A DNA stretch of 64,000 nt from Cycas panzhihuaensis (Eukaryota > Plantae > Cycadophyta). A program made the translations under genes and the position numbers. Location: the NCBI GenBank assembly GCA_023213395.1, contig CM041465.1, forward strand, positions 231,267,741 through 231,331,740, given 5' to 3'. The notes beneath the pieces are model-generated. The model did no database searches, was not told where the DNA came from, and was given only the letters and a program-made list of their open reading frames with translations. Position 1 is the stretch's first letter. Each line of letters begins with the position of its first letter. Below, in pieces: positions 12,585-25,100 of this stretch.

Positions 12585-15500
12585 TATTACATAACTATTA
12601 TAACTAGTAGAATATGAGTATTTATACATATTATGAGTATCTATACATATGAAAAAGGTGGATAAAGGTTAATGTTAGTTATTAATATATGTGCATAAGC
12701 CACAGAAGTCTACCAATAAGATTAAAGGTTGAATGCCCTACCAATAGAATTCCATGAGAAGTGACCACTTTCACCTATTTAAGGTTGAATATTTGTAAAA
12801 AGAGTTTTATATCTTGATTTCATTTGTAATATCATATATTATACAAGTTCTATGTCTATTTAGTACTCTTTCAAGCATCCTTTAGTCCTCTTATAATCCT
12901 TCGCTAAATAAAACTAGCTAATAAATATCTGTTAAATGCTCATTTTATGTTTTTTTAGGCTCTTTATTACAAATTAGTGCAAATTTACCTATTAGAACCA
13001 TTCCAAATGGTATCATACCCAAGTTTTCAAGATCCATATAAAACAGTAACAAGGTCAAGTTGAAGAGGAGGAGTGTAAAATAAGATTTTTTCTTTTCCCT
13101 TAGTGAAACCCCTCAAATCCTCTCCACATTTATTTTTATTAGCAATTCTACAATTTTAAGTTTTGTAATCTACTACCAGTAGGTAGTAAGATCCCTCCCT
13201 CCCATATCTCTAGGTAGAGACCCTATACTAGGGGTCTTTAAACATCATAGGAATTTTTCATTCTCAGCCAATCATATATGGGTATGCACCCATGTGTGAT
13301 GTGAAAAAATCACACTATATATAGAAGCCTTAAATAGAACCTAGCTATATAATCGAGCCTCCATGTACCTTTAGGTATATTAGAGGACCCTTTTAGGTTT
13401 CCTTGCCTTACCCAATTTTAAGAAATTTATCAGTCGCTTATCCTTTGTGGTGCATTAGTTAGTAATTAATACCAGGTAGCTACCCTTCCCAAACACCTCT
13501 ACGTGACTTTCATATCTATGGGTATGGACATTCCTCTATAGTTAGTACCATGAGATATTAGGTCTAGTGTAACTAATGATAGAGAAGTTTATTGAAGGGC
13601 CTATAGAACCAAGTAATCCTTTGTTAAAGAGTCTAGTAGGTCATTTATTTTAGTAATTCAAATTACATTATGAAATTATTAAAATTGTTGTATTTCTAAA
13701 TATAATATAGAATTACTAAGACTATTATATTTCCTACTGATAATCATATAATATAGTAAATAGCACAATCCCAAAATATAATAAGAACACCATCCTACAA
13801 TGCAACAATAACATAGTCCTATAATATAATAATAACATAATCATGTAATATGAGTAACAAAGCTAGAATACTCCCTATCCACACCTTCAACCCAATTTTT
13901 TGAGTTCAATACCTAGTCAAGTCTAACCTTTAGTCCAACATCCACATCTCCTAAAAAGAAAATAAAAAATAAAAGGAATTTGTAGGGTCATTTAAGTAAA
14001 TACTTATCCAATTCAAATGAAACCTACACCAGTGGACTTAGAACCAAAAAAAAACTCTACAACTTATAAGTTACTATTAGTTAAACATATATCTTATTTT
14101 AATCAGTATGTCATACTTATCATTTTCCACTAGGACAATTTCAATAGTCATTTTTAGGGAAAATAGACTATAGGCACCCCTTGGGCCCTATAGCCTAATT
14201 TTTTCATATAAAACTCACCTATCCCATTTTGACAAGCTCTCTACACTTATTTTAGTATACTAGGTGATTTCATTACTCATATTTTGGGTTAATAAGCTAT
14301 GAACACCCATCCCCCCACCCTCTTCCCCTCTTCTCCTATATATCATCTCTCAATTCTATAACCTTGTTCTTTTTGTTTATTCCCTAATATTTGATAATCT
14401 TGTTCTCTCTATCTAATCCCTAACTTCTTCATCCCATTCTCTATTCCTCAACTCACTTCACTAAATCTCTTAGTCCTTCTATACAAATAATGGTACCAAC
14501 CTAGGTATATCACATCTTTATATTAGAAACAGAACTCATTAGTATATACGATGCACATAAAGATGACATAGCCAAGATTGTAATAAATTTAGTAAACTTG
14601 GTCACCCAAAATAATTTTATGAATATAATGAAGGAGATAGCATCCCTAAATTCTTAGGTGTCTAATATCACATCTACACATAACTCTACTAGTAACTCAT
14701 GCAGCATTGGTGTTCCCCCTCCTCGACCACCCCATCAATAAGCATTTAATCACAAAATTAATATACTATTATTTTATCCAAATCTTAATAAAGATTCTAG
14801 TCACAATTAGATCAAAAAATTAGACTCTTATTTTTCTCTTAATCTGATGACTAAAGTTAATCAATTGATATTTACATCCATCCACTTAGAGGACAAGGAC
14901 CATTAGTGGTACCAATGGTAGAATCATAAATATTTGACCAACCAAACATGAGATCAGTTATATAAATGTTAGGCAAGGCCCATTAATAGTACCAATGGCA
15001 GAATCATGAATATTTGACCAACCAAACAATACAAAGAAACTTGGAATTAGACCTTTAGCCAACTCACTCAACTAAAATAATCATCATTTGTAAAAGCTTA
15101 TATGAACAAGTTTAAAGCTATTCAAAATTGAGTTAGCTAAAACCTTGATTGATAAATAATTATGGAAATATATGTAACCAGGCTCAAGGAATGCATCCAA
15201 ATATGAATGAAGACCAACCCACCACCCAATTTTTAAAGAGATTTTACATGGTATTATCATCCTCGACTAGCAGATCCATACTGGCCACTGTAATTTTGAG
15301 AAGAAAACTCCTAACAATCCACAACAAAATATCTAGTAGTAAAACTAACATCAAGGTTAAAATAAGTGCCATATGCAAAAGCATACGAGTATAGAGAAGC
15401 TAGTATATGCATCTAGTGCAGAGAAAAATAGACCCTTGATTATGTTAAAGTTTGTAAAGTAAAACAAATGATATTCACCATTGATCTCATCATGTCCCTT

Positions 15501-18500
15501 GATGAAGACTCCAATTATAAAAATGAACCCAAATAAGAACCACCCTTGGAAGCCTTCCCCAACCTTGAGCCAAAAGTATCTCTATCAGTTATTTCCTCTA
15601 CTACTTGCCTTGAACCAATCCAAGTCAAAGGCACTTTAAGGAAGATTCCTATCACCATATTGATCAATGATGGTATGTCATCAAACTTCATCAATATTTT
15701 TGTTATCCAAATAACGTAACCTATATATCAAACTAAAAACTAATTTTACCTATTTCTTACCAAGCCATCACACCCTTGATTGTGTAGGCAACATAAAGAA
15801 TTTACATGTCCAAGTTGGTACTTTTCAATTGAAGTCTTATTTATATGCTTTATCTATTAGAGGCTCATATGTTATCTTAGGGGTCTAGTGGCTTTAAATA
15901 GTTGGTACTTATAGCACCAATAATTCCCCAAATAATCCTTTCATATTATTTAAAGACTAATTTGGTAAAACTCAGAAACTTTATGGTCTCTAATCATCCC
16001 ACAATAAGCTCATTTCCCCTAAATAAATAAGCAAATAATTAAATAGCAACATTGGATATATAGTATGTCTTAATAATATTTAGCCCCATTCAGATATTCA
16101 CCTAGATATCTAAACCATCCTCACTAAATATTAATCAAACATTTCCCACCTTCTTAATAACCCTCTATTAGATAATTTTTTTTACCATACTATTAAACTC
16201 CAAAACCCTCATAACCCTGTTAGCCTATGCCCTTACCAAAATTTATATTTCTAAAAAAATAAAAGCAAATTCATTATCAATGAGTTCATTAATATGGTAA
16301 TAATATAACCTGGTAAAAACCCTTATGTAGTCGCCATTGTCCTTGTCTAAAAGAAAGATGGCTCAATTTGACTTTATGTCAACCATTAAGAATTGAACAA
16401 ACATACCATTAAAAATAAACTTCTAACCCTCTAAATCAATGATATATTGGATGAAATTCATGAGGCTAATAATTTGTCTAAATTGGACCTTTAATTAGGA
16501 TATTATCAAATTGCTATCAATCCTAAAGATAGACATAAAATGGCCTTTCAAATATACCATGGCCATTTCAAGTTCTAAGTTATGCAATCTGTCCTTTGTA
16601 ATGCTCCAGCTACTTTTTAAGCCTTGATGAATAAGATCTTTGTTTGCCATATTTATAAATTTATTATTATGATTTTCAATGATATACTTACTTATAGCTT
16701 TGACATGTATCTACATCTTTAACATTTAAAAGTTACCATTTAAATCCTCTCCCAAAATAAAGTTTATGCCAAAATATCAAAATGTGAACTTTGTAAGATT
16801 GAATTTCAATACTTAGACCACATCATCCCCTCACAAGGAGTATGTGTTAACCCTAACAAAATCTTAGTCATCACTACTTGGCCTACCCCAAAGAATCTAA
16901 CACAATTACATGCCTTCCTTAGACTAACTAGATTTTGTCATTGGTTTATCAAAAATGATGACTCCATCTCAGCCCCCTTAAGTAATCTATCCTATAAGGG
17001 CTCTTTTTAATGGTCATCACATGTTAATGATGCTTTCGATTATTTAAGATGCTCATGTATACCACTCCAGTCCTTGATACCCCTAACTTTTCCCATCCAT
17101 TTCAACTAGAGTGTGATGCCTCTAAAGTTGAGTTAGGAGGTATCCTCATGTAGAACTTCCTTCTAATTACATTCAAAAGTTAAACCCTCAAAGATCATAA
17201 ATGTTAGCTCTCAACATATTAAAGGAAATAAAATCTATTTTGCATGCTATAGACAAGTGATATTAATGTCTACTTGGGTCAAAATTTTCCATCTTAACAG
17301 ACCATCATAGTCTCCATTGCCTCCTAGACAAACCAATTTTATCTGAAGAGCAAGTGAAATGGGTCAACCAATTATAAGTATTTGACTTTACTATTTATTA
17401 TAAGAAAGGGAAAGATAATATGGTTGAAGATGATCTCTCTCGCCTACCCTCCTAACCAATAATCTAAGTGATTTACACACCCTAACCATCATGGTTATAA
17501 GAGCTAGCAAATGATAATCAAGCTTAATCTAACTTTATATTATAGATCAAAAAAGGTTCAAAACCATAAGGACTAGACACCATATAATAATAAGCTCCTC
17601 TATTAAAATCATATTTTTATTCACCCAACATCCTCCTTTATTCCCTATGTCTTGTTGGAATATTGCACCACCCTTTTAGATGGACATTTGGGGTTTGATA
17701 AAACCTATTATCACATTTGATCTAATTTTTGCATACCTTATATGAAGGCATCAATCCTTACATATGTATCAGAATATTACACTTAACAATGTAATAAGGT
17801 AGGTACTAAGGATCAATTAGGCCTTCTCTAGCCCCTACAAAACCCTCAAGAAAATGGTAGGATATTACCATGGACTTCATTACTATCCTCCCATACTTGA
17901 TCAACTATGATTCTATTTGGGTAATTAATGATTGATCAACTAAGTATACCCATTTCCTTCCAGTCCACATGACCTACAAAGTCCCTTTATTAATTAACTT
18001 ATACATCCAACTTATCATCCATATGCATGGATTCCCTTTTATAATCATGTATAATAGAGATCCTAAGTTCATAAGCTTAGTTTGTCAAAAGATCTTTCAC
18101 ATATATGGAACTTCTTATAACATGAGTTCATCATGCCATCTACAAATATATGGTAAAACACTAGAATCAATAGACCTCTTCGTTAGCCCTAGTAGAATAT
18201 GAGTACAATTTATCCCATTATTATGCCATTGGAATGGCTCCATTTATGACCCTTTATGGTTATCCCCCTCCATCCCACCATACATTGGCCACTAATCTTT
18301 GAACTATTGGGATCCAATAAAAATTATAAGATATGGACTAAATCTTACATACTCTTAAGTAAAATATATCCTCTACTCAAACTTGCATAAAGTAATTAGT
18401 GGATCATCACTATTCTAATCAATCATTTTCTATTGGTGATTTAGTCTTCCTTCACCTTCAACCATATAAATAGTAATCACTCCATACTAAGAAAACTCAT

Positions 18501-19250
18501 AAGCCCAACCCTAAGTACTATACTCCCTATAAGGTTATCTAATAAATTAGTGAGGTTACTTATGCCCTTGAACTTTCCCATGACACCAAAATCTATAATG
18601 TCTTCCATGTTTTCTATCTTAAGAAGCACCTTAGAAAGACCATTGTCCCTTAGTCTACCCTTTTAGTCTTTAATGAAGAAGAACTCCTTATAGTTCCTCG
18701 TGAATGCATCTTGGAATCATCTCTAGAATAAGACCATTTTTTAGTATTTAGTATGATGGGTTGTCTATGAATCAATGAGGCAACATGGTAATTATCTAAT
18801 TTTGTTAAGAAGCATCCACATCTTCTATGCTTTAGGGACTCAATGTCTTAGATAGAGGGACCCATTATATAACTATTATAGCTAGCAAAATATGAATATC
18901 TATACATATGACCAAGGTTAATGTTATTAATATGTGTGCATAAGATACATAAGTCTACTAATAAGATTAAAGGTTGAATGCCCCACCAATAGGATTATAT
19001 AGGAAGCAGAAACTTTTGCCTATTTAGGGATGGATATTTATAAAGAGACTTTTATATCTTGTGTTCATTTGTAATATCATACCTTGTACAAATTTGGTGT
19101 ACATTTGGTTCTCTTATAAGCATCCTTTTATCATCTTATAATCTTTTATTGAATAAAATTAGTTAATAAAAATTTGTTAGCCACTTATTTATGCTTCTTT
19201 GGGCTCTTTTGTTACAAGCTAGTATAGAATTACCTATTGGAACCATTCCA
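12585..19250 (+). mobile_element. Full-length degenerate Gypsy chromovirus (Reina-like)
   Basis: LTRs 12585-13005 and 18863-19250, both ending aaccattcca; PBS tggtatcatacc at 13008; PPT agatagaggga at 18850-18860; short LTRs and ~6.7 kb length fit the Reina clade (inference); TSD not recoverable. Confidence 0.9.
14760..18830 (+). pseudogene. pol: Gypsy gag-pol pseudogene (GAG-PR-RT-RH-INT-chromodomain)
   Basis: PR LINDGMSSNFI (~15660); RT VLV*KKDGS (~16340), GHFKF*VM..LCNAPATF (~16560), FNDILTYS (~16680); RH LECDAS (~17107); INT DITMDFI (~17860), RDPKF; chromodomain-like *YLV*W..NEATW (~18740-18790); many stops. Confidence 0.88.
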
Positions 19251-19461
19251 CCTTGTGATTAACCTTTAAAGAGATCCTTTAGGCAACTAAAGTAAATAAG
19301 AAACCTCATTTTAATTTGAAGTTAAAACATAATAAAACTCCATTTCAGGCTTCAAGAGACTCTCAAATCAATCTAATAATTTGAATGGATGATGAGAAAA
19401 ATATTTAAATAACCAAAAACTACAAGTATACTCTTAGGTATTTAAATGAGAGATTAATTAC

Positions 19462-20960
19462 ATGAGTGGCCACACATTAATCTATAGATTCTAGAGAGCC
19501 TAACCATATAAGGTGACCCTAAGGAGATGGGTTAGGGTAAGATGGGGAGAAAGGCTAAGTCTTAAGGGTGATATTAACATTAAGCTTAGAGGAAAAGTCT
19601 TCTTCACTACTATTTTTTTAACTGAGGAGGATAGAGACAGTTTTTTAGGATGGCCCATATTTTTTTAATTCTTTAGGCCTATATATAAGATTTTAGACCC
19701 CAAGGTTTAATCTAAGCAACAAAGATCTTTTCAACAACCCTACTTTAGGTAAAATTGTATTCCTTACCTCTTAAATTTTGGAATAAGGAAATTTTGAAGG
19801 AGATTAGTAATGCATTAAGAATCTTTATAAAGGACTCTAAGGTTACTCTAGAAAATTACCATATTGTCTATGCCAAAATTTGTATCCAAGTGAACCTATT
19901 AGTTCCCCCTTATAAAGTAATTATTCCAGAATTTGAAGGAGGGGAATAGATCTTATTAGTATACTATGAGCATATCCCTTTCAGATATAGGATCTACTAT
20001 GAAAATGTCCATCTTCAAATATATTTCCCATTCAATAAGAATACCAAGAAGGATATTTCAATAGGTGAAAGGTAATTTAGGCCAAGGTAACAAAAATTTG
20101 ATTAAAAAAGCTATTTCAAAACCCCCAAGAACCAATATGTTTGGCATTCTTGTAGAAGAGGATGAAAAAGTTATGGAAATTACTATAGATAAAAGTTTTT
20201 ATGCCCTTTAGTAGACTCAAATAAAAGTTATTAAAGGTTTAGAGGGAAATTTAAAGATAGAAATAGTTTATATGAAAAGTTATATAACATTGATGGAAAA
20301 TATTAATAATATGATTTATGAACAAGTGTTTAAGTAGGTGATTCCTAATGAACGTAATATAGGAGGAAGTTCCCATTGTCAAACCTTAGATGGTGATGCA
20401 GATAAAATTAAGATTTAAGGGGTGTTTCTTAGATGTAGGAAATGTTTATTTTGGTAGGATAAGACTCTTTATCAGTCTATCCCAATTTTGATCTTAATAG
20501 GAGGGATCATCTACCCATTATCAAGACTCCTCTTATAGGTGTTGAGTAGATGAAGGATGATAAGAAGTGGGATGTAACCATCATTTTAGGTGTCTTAAGT
20601 TAGGATGATTCCTCATTAGGTCTAAATAGGATACTTAATAACATTTTTAGTAAAGAATAAATCTTAAGTATGGGTGATCAAAATAGTCCTAGGATTAACC
20701 AATTGCAACCACAAGATAAGAGCTTAATAATAATGAACACTTCAAGATCAATTTGAGAGATGGTAAATCAAAATTTAAAAGATCAAGAACTAAATAGCTA
20801 GGTATTAAAGCTCTTAATCTTAAAAGTTATAAAGAAGAAGTTTCTAAAGGAATAAAAGTGTGAACGTATAAGGCGGAGAAATTTCTAATAGAAGGGCAAT
20901 TCCTTATTAGTTCTTGCTAAATACAATCACATTAGGAAGTTTATTTCTATCATAAGGAGG
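19462..20960 (+). pseudogene. LINE ORF1 (DUF4283/RRM-like plus degenerate zinc knuckle)
   Basis: GHTLIYRF, EEDRD..GPYFFNS.GLY, LYSLPLKFWNKEILKEISNAL..YAKICIQVNL (ORF 19755-19949), YEHIPFRYRIYYENVHL (decayed CX2CX4H). Confidence 0.8.
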
Positions 20961-21283
20961 GTATCTAACCATAAAGTTACTTTCATGGAATATGACTTGA
21001 ATGTAATAATAAAGTAAATAATTCTCAAGTGAAATTTTGATATTGGAAAACTAGACATATGCTTAATTCAAGAAATAAAATTAGATGGGGATAAGATGTT
21101 CCTTATTATTTAAAAAGTTTGGAAGAGTTATAGTATTACTACTATTGGGTCCATAAAGGCCTTTAGGGGGCTTTCCACACTCTAAGATCCTACAAAGGTT
21201 TACCTTAAGTACTTTGATCGAGGTAGATGGTGAATCAATTTCTAGTTTACCCTAGCTACTTCTAGACTAGCTTTTAATGTTAC

Positions 21284-21308
21284 TATATATATATATATAT
21301 ATATATAT
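21284..21308. repeat. (TA)n microsatellite inside the LINE endonuclease coding region
   Basis: ac(ta)~12 ttcccca. Confidence 0.9.
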
Positions 21309-22173
21309 TCCCCAACCCATCTTGATCTAATACTCTTATTCCATGATTCACTTGAGGAGATTAGAAAGAACTAGGTTGGAGGTCATTAGATATTGGGTGG
21401 GGATTTTAATTCCATCCTCAATCTTAATGAGAAAAAAGGAGCTATTAAGACTTTAGATGAGGCAAGTATCTCCCTTCAGGAGTGGATTTCCATGGGCTTA
21501 TAGACATCCTTCCAAAGGAGGGCATCTTTACTTAGAATAATAAAAGAGGGGTAGATCTCAAGTTATAGAAAGACTACATAGATTTTTAGTTAACGAGAAC
21601 TTTTTTAATGCAAATAACATTTTGGAGTCCAATATTATAAAAGGGAATGGCTTTGATGATTGGCCCATTAATTTATATTCTAGAATACCCCATGCCAAGG
21701 AATTCTCCCTTTAAATTTTAGAAAATATGGTTATCTCCCCTAGAATTTAAAGATAACATTAAATAATAGTGGAAAGAAGGTGATCCTATAAAGGGTTTTT
21801 TCATGTTTTACCTGGAACAGAAACTTAGATTTCTAAAAAATATAATTAAAATTTAGACTAGATAGGTATTTGGTGATATTTTTTAGTAAAAAAAGACTCT
21901 TGATGAGAGGATGGATCAAATTTAATAATATATCATGCAAGAAGGGATATTACAAGAGCTTACTCTTCTAGAATAATGCTTGAAAAAGGAAATTAATGAT
22001 AAGGAAAAAAGAGAAGAGCTCTTCTTGAAATAGAAATTGATGGTTTATTGGTTGTAGGAAGGGGATAAAACTTAAAAATATTTCCACCAAACTATGTTGA
22101 AGTACCAAAATTTCAATAGGATTCTTCAATTAAAAAATAAGATGGTAGTATGCTCTATTTTGCTCCTAAAATA

Positions 22174-25100
22174 TGATGGATTAAATGGGAGTCAAAGGGA
22201 GTAAAGCATTATAGTAAAGGATAGCATTAGACAAAATTCTAGCATAATGTTAGTGTTGAAGAACACTAAAGTCTTATGACCTATTGTATAAATAGGAAGG
22301 AGTTAGGTAGGATCCCAATGTCTACCACTAGTTGGTGTTTAAAAACACCCTTAATAAAACTTATCAAATGGTATTATTTCAGCGAAGTCAGCTTCAGAAA
22401 GTCCCATGCCAACATTTGCCATTATATGTTATTATGTGTTGTTATATACCATTATCAAACCAAATGGACATTATCCAATGTTTCTCCCCTATAATATTCA
22501 TTTTGGGAGACATTAAGCTTGTCTTTGAATTTATTGAACTTAATCTTTCCAAGTACCTTAGTGAAAATATATGCCACCTACTCTTCTATGTTGTAACAGG
22601 TTAACTTAATCTCACCTGCCTGAACTAATTTTCTAATGAAGTGATATTGAGTTTCAATGTGTTTTATTCTACTATGAAATACTATATTCCAAGTCATTTG
22701 TATGGTACTTTGATTATCACATAATGTGGGGCCATCTTGTTTTACCTATAAATCTTGGAGTCATCTTCTTAGCCAAATTATTTCACAAGCTCCTACTACA
22801 ACTACTTTATATTCTCCTTCTACCGTAGACAAAGATATTATGTTTTGTTTCTTTAAACTCTAAACTATTACTATTGAACCCAAACTACTGGTGTAGCTTG
22901 ATGTAGATTTTCTATTATCTATACATCATGCCTAATCAAAATCTATGTAACTAAGTACTCTAAAGTCTCCCAATGACCTGTGATGAAGTTGATGACTAAC
23001 TATTCCTTTCAAGTATTTGAGGATCCTCTTAGTTACTTGCTAATGTAATACCTTAGGCTTATGCATGAATCTGGAAACTACACTTACTGTATATATGATA
23101 TTTGGCTGAGTCGAAGTTAAGTAAACTGAGCTATCAATCAATTACCTATGAAGAGTAGGATTGATAGATGTAAATTCTTCATACTTAGATAATTTTACCC
23201 CAACTTTATCTGGTGTAGCAAGTGCCTTACAATTACTCATGTTAAACTTATGTAATAAGTCTGAAGTGTACTTTCTTTAGAAAACTAATATTCCATTCTT
23301 ATCTTGCCAAACTTCCAAGCCTTAGAAGTAGTGTATAAGTCCCAAATCAATCATTTCAAATTCCTTACATTTGTCTTCCTTGAATTTTTAGGACAAGTGA
23401 GGATCATTGTCTATATAAATAAGGTCATTAACGTATAAACCCATAATGAGTATTGATCTTCCTTCTATCTTAATATAAAAATTATGATCATATTAACTCC
23501 TTTGGAATCCTTTATTTCTAAAGTACTTATCAATCCTAGAGTACTAAGCTTTAGGTCCTTATTTGAGTCTATACAAGGCCTTTTTAAGTTTGTAGACCTT
23601 GTGTTCTTCCCTTTTTACTTTAAAACCTTTGTATTATTGGGCATAAATTTCTTCTTTTATATACCCATTCAAGAAGGCACTCTTAACATCCACTTGTTGA
23701 ACTATCCAACCCTCTTGTCCAACTAAACCTATCATCAGACAAGTTGTCTTCATTCTAGAAACTAATATAGATGTCTCATTATAGTTAATACCTTTAACTT
23801 ATACATATCCTTTAGCAACTAATCTTCCCTTATATTTATCGATTATTCCATCTAAACTAAATTTGTTCTTATAGACCTAATTTATTCAAATTGTAGTTTT
23901 ATTTAGTGGAAAATCAACTAATTCCTAAGTATCATTTTTAACTAAGATATTGTACTCTTCCTTCATGGAATCTTTCTATTCATTTTTTATGCTAGCCTCT
24001 TCAAAGTTATGAGGCTCATTTGATTCCATTACTTGGCTTATTAAGGAAAAGTTAATTATGTGAGAGCAAGTGGACCTTCTCTCAAAGTTGTTGTCTGAAA
24101 TATTTGAAGTATCATGACCTCTTTGAACCCATTTTGGAACCCTTTGATTGAATGTAAAGGGTCCTGCTTCATTTAGACTTCCTTCATTTAAACTTAGTAT
24201 ATTTATGGATTTATGATTTGAATCTATTTCCCCCATGATATTCTTTTCTTTATCCTTTTCAACTTCTTCCTGATAGCATTTATCTTCCTTGAAGATAATA
24301 TCCCTACTCATAATTATCTTATTTTCTTTTGGATTATATAATTTATAAGATCTAAAAACATCATGACATCCTATAAAGATACACTTGGTGCTTTTATCAT
24401 CCAACTTAGTTCTCTTTTATTCTAGAATATGGGCAAATGCTAAGCATCCAAAAATCTTTAAGTGTTGTATGCTTGGCTTATGGCCTAACCAAGCTTCCTT
24501 TAGTGTGATCCACCTAACAACCTTGGTGGTGCATCTATTCAATAAGTAAACTATTGTATATACTGCTTCTACACAAAATTTATGTCTAAATTACTTATCT
24601 TTAGGTATACTTATAGACATTTCACTAATAGTTCTATTTTTCCTTTTTGTAACTCCATTTTATTATAGAGTATAAGGATTGGTGAGTTGCTTCCTCATAC
24701 CATGGTAGTTGTGATATACTTTAAATTCATTTGAAATGAATTATCCCCCATTATCTTATCTAAGGGTAAAAAATTTGAGACTACTTTATTTTTCAACCAA
24801 GGTTTTAAGAAACATTAAAAGGCATCTAATTTAAACTTAAGAAAGTATACCCAAGTCTTTCTAGTGAAGTCATTAATGAAAGTCATGAAGTACCTTACAT
24901 CACCTAATGAAGGTACATCCATAGGTCTATATAGATTTGTATAGATCAATTGAAGAGGTCCTTGAGCCCTATAGCTATTATTTGGAAAACTTTCTCTTTA
25001 TTATTTCCCAAGAATACATCCTTCATAAATTTCTTTGACTACTTCTATAGTGGGTAGTCTAATAATCATCTCCATCATTTTCATTAATGCCAAGTTGTTA

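Noticed and set aside
12580-19255. TSD for the chromovirus
   Set aside because: Flanks catcc and ccttg do not match well enough
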